Shown: positions 48,489 through 58,145, numbered from the stretch's first letter. The stretch is DNA of 64,000 nt from Candidatus Iainarchaeum sp. (GCA_002688035.1 NZBU01000009.1:25929-89928), one strand, 5' to 3'. A program made the numbers and translations. Notes: generated by a model not told the origin, from the letters alone.

Positions 48489-49495
48489 GATATTTGATTT
48501 CACTCTCCAATATCAAAAATAAGAATATTTTTTTGATAACACATAGTGGTGCCGACGTGGATGCTATTGCATCCGCTGGTGCACTTTCCCTAATTCTCGA
48601 AGAAAATAATTCGGTGCAGATAGCTGTTCCGGAACACATTGCAATTCCTGCGAAAAAACTCGCGAAAAAAGCAGGAATCAACTATAAGATTAGCCCGAAT
48701 TTTGGCCAAGCGGATACAATAATTCTCCTTGATTTTAACTCTTGGGATATGGTTGGGGGTATGGCTCCAGCTATAAAGGCTTTTAGTGGGAAAAAGTATC
48801 TTGTTGACCATCACACTAAGAGTTCAGACCAACTTGTTCCAAGCAAAAACACTTGGGTTGAAGCTGAAGCGGTTGCAACCTGCATAATGATTTATAATTG
48901 GGCAAAAAGTTCTAAGATTGCCCTTGGTAAAGAGGCCGCTGCACTACTTGCAGCAGGCATTACTGCCGACTCAGCCCACTTCCTCATAGCAGATGCAAAC
49001 ACTTTTCTTGCAATGTCCGAACTGTTGCGAATGGGTGAGAACAAATTTTCTCAGATTCTTGAATTTTTAAGAGTAGAGCGTGATTTTAGTGAGAAAATTG
49101 CAATGTTAAAAGCTGCAAAAAGAAGCAGGATATTCAAGCTCGGGAATTTCATTGCGGTTATTTCAGAGGTTGGTGCCTTTGAGGCAGACTCAGCAAATGC
49201 CCTTATAAGGATAGGTGCGGATCTTGCTTTTGCAGGTAATAGTGAGAATAACGAGCTCAAAATTAGTGGGAGGGCAAGCCAAAGCGTACAGAAAAAGGCA
49301 GGATTAGATCTTGCAAAAGATGTTTTCCAGCCCCTTGGAAAATTTTTTGAGGGAAGCGGGGGAGGCCATGCTGGAGCCGCAGGCTTCAATGGAAAGAATG
49401 CGAGTGCTTCCAAAGCACTTCTAAAATGCGTTGAACTTTCAAAGAAAAGCATTGCAAGGAAAGTTCCAAAGCTACAACTAAAAGAATACACTTAG
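48485..49495 (+). CDS. DHH/DHHA1 phosphoesterase
   Basis: H..ADVD, DHH, GGGHAGAAG. Confidence 0.92.
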   Translation: MRYLISLSNIKNKNIFLITHSGADVDAIASAGALSLILEENNSVQIAVPEHIAIPAKKLAKKAGINYKISPNFGQADTIILLDFNSWDMVGGMAPAIKAFSGKKYLVDHHTKSSDQLVPSKNTWVEAEAVATCIMIYNWAKSSKIALGKEAAALLAAGITADSAHFLIADANTFLAMSELLRMGENKFSQILEFLRVERDFSEKIAMLKAAKRSRIFKLGNFIAVISEVGAFEADSANALIRIGADLAFAGNSENNELKISGRASQSVQKKAGLDLAKDVFQPLGKFFEGSGGGHAGAAGFNGKNASASKALLKCVELSKKSIARKVPKLQLKEYT

Positions 49496-50166
49496 CGGTG
49501 GTAGTCCACAGCTTTTAACAAATCCTTAACACTTTTTAGCTCGTGATCAGCTTTATTGGTTCCCTTCATCAGTTGCCCATATTTTGCAAGGGCTGTGTGC
49601 ATTCCGCTTTGCTTTGCTCCCTTAATATCTCTTCCAGGATTATCGCCGACAAAAAGAAGCTCCTTTGGATTTAAACCAAGTTTTTCTATTGCTTGTTTGA
49701 ATGGCATCTGGCTTGGTTTTAATTGACCAGTATCTTCTAATGCAATCACAACATCAAAGAACTCAACAAGATTCATCTCAGCCAAGCGCAACCAGGCCTG
49801 CAACCTTGGTGCATCGGAAACTATTCCAAGTTTTAGGCCCCGCTCTTTAAGTTTTATTAGGGTTTCTCTCACATGGGGGTAGGGTACAAGTTGGCCTGCC
49901 TTAACTCGTCTGTAAGCTGCGATGCCTGCTGCTAAAATCTTGTAATCTATTTCCCCCATCACTGTTTTCAAAAAGCTCTCAAAGATAGTCTGGTTTTCTA
50001 TTCCAACGGTTTTATACATTTTAAACAATTTTTTTGTAGCCTTCTTCTCATCCAAAGGTAGACCAGCCTCAATCATAGAGTGAATGGCTGCCTCACTGCA
50101 AGCCTCCTTCATCCTCATAAAATCAACGAGGGTATTATCCAAATCAAACAAAACAGCTTTCAACAT
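49492..50166 (-). CDS. HAD superfamily hydrolase
   Basis: FDLDNTL, KP, VGDNPGRDIKGA. Confidence 0.93.
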   Translation of the reverse strand: MLKAVLFDLDNTLVDFMRMKEACSEAAIHSMIEAGLPLDEKKATKKLFKMYKTVGIENQTIFESFLKTVMGEIDYKILAAGIAAYRRVKAGQLVPYPHVRETLIKLKERGLKLGIVSDAPRLQAWLRLAEMNLVEFFDVVIALEDTGQLKPSQMPFKQAIEKLGLNPKELLFVGDNPGRDIKGAKQSGMHTALAKYGQLMKGTNKADHELKSVKDLLKAVDYHR

Positions 50167-50227
50167 GATTTATCCTATAATTCGAACCCAGTTATCATTT
50201 TATTACTTTTCGTGCATTCGTTTTTTG

Positions 50228-50350
50228 ATGAAGTGCCCAAAGTGTGGATCCAAAATGATTCGTGTGGATATTCCCCAAGTTGAGGGTGGCAGGATAACTT
50301 CCTGGGTTGAGTGCCCAAAATGCCGCTTCAGAACACAAGAGGAACAATGA
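50228..50350 (+). CDS. 40-aa zinc-ribbon microprotein
   Basis: MKCPKCGSKM...ECPKCRF. Confidence 0.65.
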   Translation: MKCPKCGSKMIRVDIPQVEGGRITSWVECPKCRFRTQEEQ

Positions 50351-50356
50351 TTCCAA

Positions 50357-51004
50357 GTGTCTTCCCAGATTTCTTCCAACCTGCAGAATATAACCGCTCA
50401 AATAGATGCATCCTGTTCAAAGGTAGGCCGAACACCAAATGTTTCAATTCTCGCAGCGACCAAAGGTCGTTCAATAGAACAGATTAAAGAAGCAGCTTCG
50501 CTCGGAATCACTCTCTTTGGCGAAAACTATTTGCAGGAAGCAGAGAAAAAAATCACTGCTTTCCCTAATATGGAATGGCACTTTATTGGTCATCTTCAAA
50601 GTAACAAAGCAAAAAAAGCAGTTGAACTATTCAACTGTATTCAATCGGTTGACTCTGCAAAGCTTGCGAGCAAAATTAGTGATGCCGCAGAAAAACCTTT
50701 CCCTATTTTTCTTGAAGTGAACATTGGTTCAGAGGAAAGCAAGTTTGGTGTGCTTCCTGAGAACATTCCTTCTTTTTACAATGAGGTAAAAGATTTGCCA
50801 AACCTTGCGATTCGCGGTTTGATGTGCATGGCCCCATTCATTGACAAGGAGCAAACTCGCTCATACTTCCAAAACATGAAACAGCTTGCGCAGCAGCTTT
50901 CCCTTAAAGAACTTAGCATGGGAATGAGTAACGATTATCCTATTGCAATTGAAGAGGGTGCAACAATAGTGCGTTTAGGCACAGTTCTCTTTGGCGCAAG
51001 ATAA
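50357..51004 (+). CDS. yggS: YggS/PLPBP pyridoxal-phosphate homeostasis protein
   Basis: AATK, FGENYLQE, WHFIGHLQSNK, LSMGMSND. Confidence 0.94.
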   Translation: MSSQISSNLQNITAQIDASCSKVGRTPNVSILAATKGRSIEQIKEAASLGITLFGENYLQEAEKKITAFPNMEWHFIGHLQSNKAKKAVELFNCIQSVDSAKLASKISDAAEKPFPIFLEVNIGSEESKFGVLPENIPSFYNEVKDLPNLAIRGLMCMAPFIDKEQTRSYFQNMKQLAQQLSLKELSMGMSNDYPIAIEEGATIVRLGTVLFGAR

Positions 51005-51047
51005 AAAAAATAAAAAAGAAGGGAGAAAGGCCAAAGGCCTTTTCCAT

Positions 51048-52778
51048 TTACTGCCCTGTTAAGAACTTTACAAGAGCTTCCAGGATATTTGGTGCGGCAG
51101 ACTGTTCAGGGGCTTTCTCACCCACTATTTCCGCGGCCTTTATTATTCCCCTGATTGGTTCTGTTGGACAGTCTTTTGCCTCAAAACCATCAGTGCACAC
51201 CTTTACTTCACATCCATTTGCACTCTCATAGGTCTTACATTCTACTGTTGATTCCTCTGTTTCTTCTTCCGGACAATCTTTTATTTCATAGCCATCAGTG
51301 CACTCCTTTATCTTACACCCGGCGTCATTAGTGTACTCCTTACACTCTACATCTGTTTCTTCTTCCGGACAATCTTTTACACTGTAACCGTTTGTACACT
51401 CTTTTACTTTACAGCCGTCCTCGTTCTCATACACCTTACACTCAATATCTTCGGTGCTGTCAGGACAAACTTTCTCTTTATCTCCGTTTGTGCACTCCTT
51501 TATTTTGCATCCGTTTTCAGTCTCATACTCTTTGCACTCAACAATTTCTCCAGGACATCTAACAAGTTCCTCTCCGTTTGTGCATGACTTTACTTTACAT
51601 CCGTCATCTCTCTCGTAGACTTTACACTCTACATCTTCTGTAGGGCAATCTCTAGTTTCATAGCCATTACTGCACCTTTTCACAGTGCATCCCTGCTCGT
51701 CCCTAAACTTCTTGCATTCTACGACAGGACAGACGTTTTGTAGTTTGCATGAGTTGAAAGTGTAACCGTCTGTGCATGATATCACAATACAGTCCCCTTC
51801 AACATATTTTTTGCACTCCACAGTGTCTGTTGTGGGTGGCTCCGCACAATTCACTTGTCTACATCCCTTGCTATCAACATAGGTTTCGTATTCAAGCTTG
51901 CGGTTCCTGCATGCATCTATCTTTCTGTCGATTGTACGTTCGTCAGGACAAATTATACCTGTTTTGATACACTCTATTTGTGCACAACTTGTTCCATCAA
52001 CATACTTTTGGTAGTCCATGCCTTGTACCCTGCATTTGGAGATTTGTCTGCCAATTTCTTCATCACTTGGACAAATTCTTTCTCTGCAGCGCGCCTGCCT
52101 ACAGTTGGCAGAATCTACATAGAACTGGTAGTCGAGTCCGCGAGCCTTACACTTGCGGATCATTGATTCAAGTGCGTTTCCTGTTGGGCAAGACGTTGTT
52201 GACTCAATACACTTAACATATTCACAGCCGTCTTCCACATAGTAAAGCCAAGGGGCGAGACTGTACTCTCCGCCCTTTACCTCTTTGCATGCCGCAACTT
52301 TGGCATCATTTTCTTCTTCGGTAGGGCATGAGCTCACAGGCGGTTTCACACACTCGATTTGCCTACAGCCTGAATTATCTGTAAATGTTTCATAGCCATA
52401 GCCAGCCTCTTTACATCTTACAATTTCTTGTTCAAGTTTTTCGCTTGTAGGGCAGACAATTGGTTTTATGCAGTTCACATATTTACAACCGTTCTCTTCA
52501 ATGTATATTTTGTACTGCATGTCATCTAGTTTACAAGCTCTTATTTTGTTTTCAATCTCTGTTTCCGAGGCGCAGATACTATTACACATACCCTCATACG
52601 CTACTTTAACCCCAGCAACATCAGCAAAACAATCATTACTGTATGTTTTATCATTTACTCCACAGACAGGATCATACTGTGCTGTGCATATAGTGTCCTG
52701 AGTCTCTACTGTTTCAGCACTAGTGGCTGCTAGTAGTAATACAAAAAACACTGCACTAAATCCAATTCTCTTATTCAT
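51048..52778 (-). CDS. Secreted Cys-rich protein: Kazal domain plus two arrays of 4-Cys repeats
   Basis: Signal peptide, CTAQYDPVCG...TYSNDC...YEGMC, then 6 + 7 repeats. Confidence 0.85.
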   Translation of the reverse strand: MNKRIGFSAVFFVLLLAATSAETVETQDTICTAQYDPVCGVNDKTYSNDCFADVAGVKVAYEGMCNSICASETEIENKIRACKLDDMQYKIYIEENGCKYVNCIKPIVCPTSEKLEQEIVRCKEAGYGYETFTDNSGCRQIECVKPPVSSCPTEEENDAKVAACKEVKGGEYSLAPWLYYVEDGCEYVKCIESTTSCPTGNALESMIRKCKARGLDYQFYVDSANCRQARCRERICPSDEEIGRQISKCRVQGMDYQKYVDGTSCAQIECIKTGIICPDERTIDRKIDACRNRKLEYETYVDSKGCRQVNCAEPPTTDTVECKKYVEGDCIVISCTDGYTFNSCKLQNVCPVVECKKFRDEQGCTVKRCSNGYETRDCPTEDVECKVYERDDGCKVKSCTNGEELVRCPGEIVECKEYETENGCKIKECTNGDKEKVCPDSTEDIECKVYENEDGCKVKECTNGYSVKDCPEEETDVECKEYTNDAGCKIKECTDGYEIKDCPEEETEESTVECKTYESANGCEVKVCTDGFEAKDCPTEPIRGIIKAAEIVGEKAPEQSAAPNILEALVKFLTGQ

Positions 52779-52858
52779 TGATTAACCTCCTATTAGCAAG
52801 ACAAATATCTTATTTAAAGTAGGCCTTTATTGTTTAAATAGCTTTTGGAATGCTTAGT

Positions 52859-53182
52859 CTAACGCAGATTCTTTAGTTTTACAAAACAGTTGTCGCAAAT
52901 GAATTTTTCGCTAAAGTCTATTCCAATTTCGCTCTTGTTTTCGCAGAGAGCACAATCTCTTCCAGCGCTTTCTTCTTTGAAATCGCTTGCCCAATCGTAG
53001 AGCAAATCCCATGAAACCCATCTTGGGAGAAAAAGTTCAGCCATAACTTTTTTGTCATTCTGATGAATGCGCTTGAGTTGCGAGGGCATAACTTTTTTCC
53101 GCAGCCCCCTGAGAAACTTTACTCTATCCACTACTCCCTTGCGTGTGAACTCCAATATTGTTTCATCAAAAAGTTTTCCCAT
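52859..53182 (-). CDS. Hypothetical protein with C-terminal CxxC..CxxC zinc finger
   Basis: CALC...ICDNC. Confidence 0.7.
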   Translation of the reverse strand: MGKLFDETILEFTRKGVVDRVKFLRGLRKKVMPSQLKRIHQNDKKVMAELFLPRWVSWDLLYDWASDFKEESAGRDCALCENKSEIGIDFSEKFICDNCFVKLKNLR

Positions 53183-53186
53183 TTCA

Positions 53187-53597
53187 TCACTTCAAATAAA
53201 TTGTCGTGTCTCCTTTTTTAATCTTGTCCCGGTGGGCATAGTTCACAAGATAGTGCACCGTGCTTTTTGGCACGTCTGTCAAACGCTCTATCTCGCGCAG
53301 GCTTTGGTAATCCTTTCTGAGTTCAATAACCTTGACCATTTTTTCCAGCGGAACAGCAATTGCCCTGCCCCTCTTTGACTCAACTTCCACTCTAATTCCA
53401 TACTTTTCAAAAAGTTTCCTGCTTTTATGAGGGAGTCTTTTGAAACAGCTTTTGCTCATGCTCACATCCCTGCACTGTGGACACTTGCCCAAAACCTTTT
53501 CAAGTTTCTTTAACTCAACAGGCCGGACAAGGTGAATTCCATTAGTCTCGATAGGAATGCTCCCCACGGGGGTTTCAGGATATAATGCTAACTTCAT
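53187..53597 (-). CDS. DUF1699-like protein with C-terminal HTH
   Basis: HLVRP...CP...S.S..KR, then SLREIERLTDVPKSTVHY. Confidence 0.65.
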   Translation of the reverse strand: MKLALYPETPVGSIPIETNGIHLVRPVELKKLEKVLGKCPQCRDVSMSKSCFKRLPHKSRKLFEKYGIRVEVESKRGRAIAVPLEKMVKVIELRKDYQSLREIERLTDVPKSTVHYLVNYAHRDKIKKGDTTIYLK

Positions 53598-54553
53598 TCC
53601 TTCACTCTCTTTATTCTCTTTTTTATTTTAGAACCCAAATTTCCCAAACCCTTTTTGCCTGTTGAAATAGTGGCATACTTTAAGCCTGAAATAATCTCGC
53701 TTCTGTAAGGCCGCTCTTTCACAATTTTGTAGCTTCCGTCCTTTCTCTCTTCAACGAACGGGCCAGCCCAAACAACATTGCTCCTGTCCCTTAGCGCGGC
53801 AATAATCTTTTCAGCATTAAGCTTTTGCTTTCTCATCTTAATCTTGAGTATTCCAGAGCCGATTCGCGATGCAGAGTGCGCATCACTCCCGGCAGTTATG
53901 AATGAGGCGCTTCCGCCGAGTTCTATTGGCTTTGTGCATCTCTCTGCAACTTCCCTGCTTTTAATATCAAGCTTCTTCCTAATCTTCTTCCCAATTTTAT
54001 CCAACCTTGCTTTCCTTGTTATTCTGTTTTTCTCCAAAAAATCCAAAAAGTTTAACGGCTTTCTGACCCAGTCAGTCCCATAAACAAAACTGCCGACATG
54101 CCCCATCATTCCGTTGAATGCCTCAACCCCAATATCATTTTCTTTCACAAACCTCGTAAGCCTCTTTTCCCCTAAAAGGGAGTAAGCACTATCATACTTG
54201 AAGCCCCAGGGATGAGCAATGCTGAGCAAAACATTGTTTTTCTTTGCAATCTTAATGGCCTTCTTTATATCAACCCCTTTCTTCATCAAAGGCGCCAGTT
54301 TATATATGCTTGGAGACGCACTCAAAGCAACAACATGCCCAATGCTTGTGTTCAGTTCCATGCCGGGGATAAGCACGACGTTCCTTGGCTTGTTCTTTGA
54401 AACAGTTTCAAAAGCCAGTTTAGGATCCTCTTCAATGTGCTCTGTAATCGCAACAACATCGAGTTTCCTCTTCTTCACTCTTCCCCAGTATTCCTCACTC
54501 TTAATCTTCTTCTCAAGCAAGTGAGTGTGCAGGTCCATAGTCAAAATAGCCAT
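53594..54553 (-). CDS. PHP-domain phosphoesterase
   Basis: DLHTH, AITEH, PGMEL, AHPW, AGSDAH. Confidence 0.88.
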   Translation of the reverse strand: MAILTMDLHTHLLEKKIKSEEYWGRVKKRKLDVVAITEHIEEDPKLAFETVSKNKPRNVVLIPGMELNTSIGHVVALSASPSIYKLAPLMKKGVDIKKAIKIAKKNNVLLSIAHPWGFKYDSAYSLLGEKRLTRFVKENDIGVEAFNGMMGHVGSFVYGTDWVRKPLNFLDFLEKNRITRKARLDKIGKKIRKKLDIKSREVAERCTKPIELGGSASFITAGSDAHSASRIGSGILKIKMRKQKLNAEKIIAALRDRSNVVWAGPFVEERKDGSYKIVKERPYRSEIISGLKYATISTGKKGLGNLGSKIKKRIKRVKE

Positions 54554-54605
54554 AATTAAATCAAAGCAGTAAAAGTTTTTAAGCAGAAACACCGTATTCT
54601 ACTCT

Positions 54606-55304
54606 ATGTTATTGCCCTTTGTACTGGCGTTTATTCTGGCTTTGCTGCACTTTTTCAGCGAAGAGTACAGCGAAAAAATTGAGAAACATCACACAAAGCT
54701 AATATCTTTTTCAGCAGGGCTTTTCATAACCTTTATTTTCCTTGATCTCTTTCCAGAATTTTTTAAGGGAAGCGCTTTTGTTGGGGACAACATTTTCCTC
54801 GCAATGCTCATCGGTTTCATCTTGTTTCACTTAGGCGAAAAATATGTGTACCAACATATAACCAACAAGCGCGAGCTCCTGACCGATCTCAAGGAAATCC
54901 ACGTAATCGGATTTTTCATTGACCACTTCACAGTTGGTTTGGCCCTATACTTTGCTTTGAGTGTTTCAGACTACTTGTTTGGAATAATAATCTTCATTCC
55001 ATTGGTCTTACACACTATTTCAAGTTCTCTAAGTCTAAATCATCTTGACGAAGTCTACAACCGGAAAAGCCCGTTTGGTTTACTACTGTCACTATCCCCT
55101 GTAATTGGTGTAGCAGTTGCATTTTTCCTCAATCCAGCTAAGGATATTTACTACCTCTTATTCTCGTTCGTTATTGGCGCGCTGCTTTATGTGGTGATAA
55201 GAGATATGATTCCCCAAGGGAAGAAAGGAAGCCTGCCTGCCTTTGTGTTTGGTTTTCTCTTAAGTCTTGTAATTCTTTCCGCAAGAAACCTTATAGTGAT
55301 CTAG
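54606..55304 (+). CDS. ZIP-like metal transporter
   Basis: SFSAG...DLFPE, DHF..G, LHT, GALLYVVIRDMIP; multi-TM. Confidence 0.78.
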   Translation: MLLPFVLAFILALLHFFSEEYSEKIEKHHTKLISFSAGLFITFIFLDLFPEFFKGSAFVGDNIFLAMLIGFILFHLGEKYVYQHITNKRELLTDLKEIHVIGFFIDHFTVGLALYFALSVSDYLFGIIIFIPLVLHTISSSLSLNHLDEVYNRKSPFGLLLSLSPVIGVAVAFFLNPAKDIYYLLFSFVIGALLYVVIRDMIPQGKKGSLPAFVFGFLLSLVILSARNLIVI

Positions 55305-55366
55305 ATGAACTTTGGATTGAAAGTGCTGCCGATTCTCCTCAAGCAAAAACATATAAAAACTCTAAT

Positions 55367-55380
55367 TCTGGCATGCCAGA
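55367..55380. promoter_or_regulatory. Perfect 14-bp palindrome TCTGGCATGCCAGA upstream of the wHTH-V4R promoter
   Basis: About 15 nt before a TTTTATATA box that precedes ATG 55427. Confidence 0.55.
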
Positions 55381-55426
55381 GTCTAAACACAATATTTTTA
55401 TATAACCTGCTTGTTTCTCCTATTGG

Positions 55427-55747
55427 ATGCATACAAATTCTGCCAAGCCAGAAGTTTTGCACAACTTGAATAGTTCTACCCTTTCTCAAAAAGAACAAGA
55501 TATATTTGCCCTTATCCTTGAATCCTGGCCAACATCTGCTGTGGAGATAGCGGAGCATTTTGGAGAAGATCTTTCTTCCAGAGAATCCAAAAAGAAAGCA
55601 AGCACCAAATACTCCTACTATTTGCAAAAGCTTGTTGAAAAACACCTTTTGATGAGCAAGCGTGTTGGCAACGCGCTAATTGTCTGGCCGGTTCGCGCGG
55701 AAAAACTTCGCACAATCCACAATATTCTTGAGAACGAGGTGCAATAA
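55427..55747 (+). CDS. Winged-helix transcriptional regulator
   Basis: IFALILESWPTSAVEIA...YSYYLQKLVEKHLL.SKRVGN. Confidence 0.8.
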   Translation: MHTNSAKPEVLHNLNSSTLSQKEQDIFALILESWPTSAVEIAEHFGEDLSSRESKKKASTKYSYYLQKLVEKHLLMSKRVGNALIVWPVRAEKLRTIHNILENEVQ

Positions 55748-56313
55748 TGCTTAACACTTTCTACGACAAATTCATTTTCACCAATGGCCTCAAATACAAG
55801 AACAACAACTTCTATCTCCTCAACATGCCCTTTGTTATTGCGCCAAGCGAACTCTTCATTGGCCTACTGGAAGTGGATGACGAGGACTTCAAGAGAAAAC
55901 TTTATTATGCTACAAAGGATTCTGTTAGAAAGCATTTGATAAAAGAATTTGACCTTGACTTTGGTTTTAAGGGAGCAAAGCTTGTCACTTTCCTCGAAAC
56001 CTATTTTGTTGCTAGTGGCTGGGGCAAAATCCAAACTGTAGATCTCAATATGGGTGGCAAAAAAGCCATTGTGAAAGTTAGGAATAATCCTTTCTCCTCA
56101 CACCTACACAAAAAAGTCTCCCGCCCCTGTGACCACTTCATTCGCGGAATTCTAGCAGGGGTATTCAGCCGTGTGTTTAATGCCAAGGTTGATTGTGTAG
56201 AAGTGCACTGCGCAGCTCTCGGAGAACAAGACTGCGAGTTCATAATAAAAAAACAAGGCGAATTCAACTTAGAGAACAAGCATGTGCGAAGGCAGCTCGA
56301 ATTGGATATTTAA
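55747..56313 (+). CDS. V4R (4-vinyl reductase) domain protein
   Basis: SGWGK, PCDHFIRGILAG, EVHCAALGEQDCEF. Confidence 0.88.
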   Translation: MLNTFYDKFIFTNGLKYKNNNFYLLNMPFVIAPSELFIGLLEVDDEDFKRKLYYATKDSVRKHLIKEFDLDFGFKGAKLVTFLETYFVASGWGKIQTVDLNMGGKKAIVKVRNNPFSSHLHKKVSRPCDHFIRGILAGVFSRVFNAKVDCVEVHCAALGEQDCEFIIKKQGEFNLENKHVRRQLELDI

Positions 56314-57413
56314 GAAATCTTTTTCAGTACAATTTGAAGCATTCTGCGAACTGGTTCTGCAGCGCCCCACAACAGCTGGTCTCCTACTGTGAAGAGTGTA
56401 ACAAAGCTAGCATCATTGTTGATGTGGCGAATTCTTCCTACTGGGACTGTGAGTTTTCCGCTGACCGCAATCGGTGTGAGTTGCCTAATGCTATCTTCCT
56501 TGTTGTTTGGAATAACCTTAACCCATTCGTTTGCTTTAGCGATTGTATTTTCAATTTCTTTTAGTTCCATTTCCTCTTTGAGTTTAATGGTGATTGCCTG
56601 GCTATGGCAGCGCATGGCCGGAACTCTTACGCAGATTCCATCTACTGGAATTTGCTGTTTTGAATTCAGTATTTTGTTTGTTTCAGCGCTTCCCTTCCAT
56701 TCCTCTCGGCTTTGTCCGTCCTCTACTTCCTTGTCAATCCATGGAATGAGGTTGCAGGCTAGTGGAACTGTAAAATTTTCTGTTGGAAAATCTGGATTTT
56801 CAATTGTTTCTTGAACTTCACGGTCTAGCTCGAGCACAGGCATTTTCTTTCCCTCGGTTGCTTTGGAGATTGTCTGCATTTGCTCCACCAGTTCAGCCAT
56901 GTTCTTGCTTCCTGCTCCTGAGGCTGACTGGTAGGTCATTGAAGTAAGCCAGTCCACCTTATTTTCTTTAAACAAACCGCCAATTCCCATTAGCATCAAA
57001 CTAACTGTACAGTTTGCTCCAATATAATTTTTCACACCTGATTCAAACGCCTCGTCTATCACTTCTCGGTTAACTGGATCCAAAACAATTACACTGTCTT
57101 TTTCCATTCGCAGGGCTGAAGCCGCATCAATCCAGTAACCATCCCATCCTTCCTTCCTTAGCTTTGGATAAACTTCTTTTGTATAGTCTCCGCCTTGGCA
57201 GGTTACAATTGCATCCAGTGAGGAAAGGGTTTTGATATCAAAAGCATCGGCAAGTTCTGGCACTTCCATGCCAATTTCTGGGCCTTTTTGGCCTACTTGT
57301 GAAGTTGAAAAAAACAATGGTTTCAATCCCTGGAAGTCGTTTTCTTCCAGCATTCTTTGCCTTAGCACTGATCCAACCATTCCTCTCCATCCGACAAAGC
57401 CAACTTTTACCAT
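56310..57413 (-). CDS. asd: Aspartate-semialdehyde dehydrogenase (proteobacterial type)
   Basis: VGWRGMVGSVL, WIDAAS, NCTVSL, GDQLLWGAAEP. Confidence 0.95.
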   Translation of the reverse strand: MVKVGFVGWRGMVGSVLRQRMLEENDFQGLKPLFFSTSQVGQKGPEIGMEVPELADAFDIKTLSSLDAIVTCQGGDYTKEVYPKLRKEGWDGYWIDAASALRMEKDSVIVLDPVNREVIDEAFESGVKNYIGANCTVSLMLMGIGGLFKENKVDWLTSMTYQSASGAGSKNMAELVEQMQTISKATEGKKMPVLELDREVQETIENPDFPTENFTVPLACNLIPWIDKEVEDGQSREEWKGSAETNKILNSKQQIPVDGICVRVPAMRCHSQAITIKLKEEMELKEIENTIAKANEWVKVIPNNKEDSIRQLTPIAVSGKLTVPVGRIRHINNDASFVTLFTVGDQLLWGAAEPVRRMLQIVLKKIS

Positions 57414-57477
57414 ATAATCAATCTCCTTTTTTTGCTTGAAATAACCTGCGTACGAAAAATTTTAAAAATAGATTTAA

Positions 57478-57496
57478 CGAGTGCGAGATTCGAACT
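57478..57496 (-). repeat. tRNA 3' fragment (possible att site)
   Basis: AG-TTCGAAT-CTCGC-ACTCG reads as part of a T-arm plus acceptor 3' strand, without the rest of the tRNA. Confidence 0.45.
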
Positions 57497-58145
57497 AGGT
57501 TAATTCCCAAATGCTTTCCCCGAATAGTCTTCCCTTGTCTTCCCAGAAAGGTCTCTCGTCTGCGTGAATCCTTTTCAATTCTCTGCCAAGGCCCTTTGCA
57601 GCGTTCTCAATAGTCCTCTTGTAATAGCTGGTTATTTCAGGACTCATTCCCCGTCCTGCTTGCAAATGCAATGCCCTATAATATTCGGGGTGAACAGCAA
57701 ATAGTCTGATTCCATTTCTCCTACAGTATTCCATTGCAGTCATTGCTGTTGCAACATTTCCTTGATAATAAAACCTTTTTTCTTTCGAAGTCAAATCCGC
57801 TTTTTTCAAGTTTGCTGTCGGCTGGACAACAGTTAACATCGCCTGTTTGTTTGGAAAAAGCCAAATCGCAGTATGAGTTACGCTGCCTTTTCTCGCCCAG
57901 GCTTCTGTTCGTACTTTCGCAATTTTTGAAACATGCTCAGGCAATGCATTCAGGTGAAAAACAAGCTCTCTGCCCTCCCTGGGTTTCTCGCCCCTAAAAT
58001 TCCCAAAATAACCACTGCCCTTTCTCGAAACAACAAGTCTTCCAGCCGGAGCCCTTGCCTTCTCGCCAAACACTCTTTTGAACGCAGCATTAACGCCCCG
58101 CACATTTATTTGGGCATATTTCGCACCAGCAACTCTTTTTCGCAT
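57495..58145 (-). CDS. Basic hypothetical protein
   Basis: 216-aa Arg/Lys-rich ORF with a TATA-like box about 20 nt upstream; no recognised family. Confidence 0.6.
   Translation of the reverse strand: MRKRVAGAKYAQINVRGVNAAFKRVFGEKARAPAGRLVVSRKGSGYFGNFRGEKPREGRELVFHLNALPEHVSKIAKVRTEAWARKGSVTHTAIWLFPNKQAMLTVVQPTANLKKADLTSKEKRFYYQGNVATAMTAMEYCRRNGIRLFAVHPEYYRALHLQAGRGMSPEITSYYKRTIENAAKGLGRELKRIHADERPFWEDKGRLFGESIWELT

Noticed and set aside
51100-52600. Nucleotide repeats as a CRISPR array
   Set aside because: They are degenerate, in-frame coding repeats; no identical repeats with spacers and no cas genes
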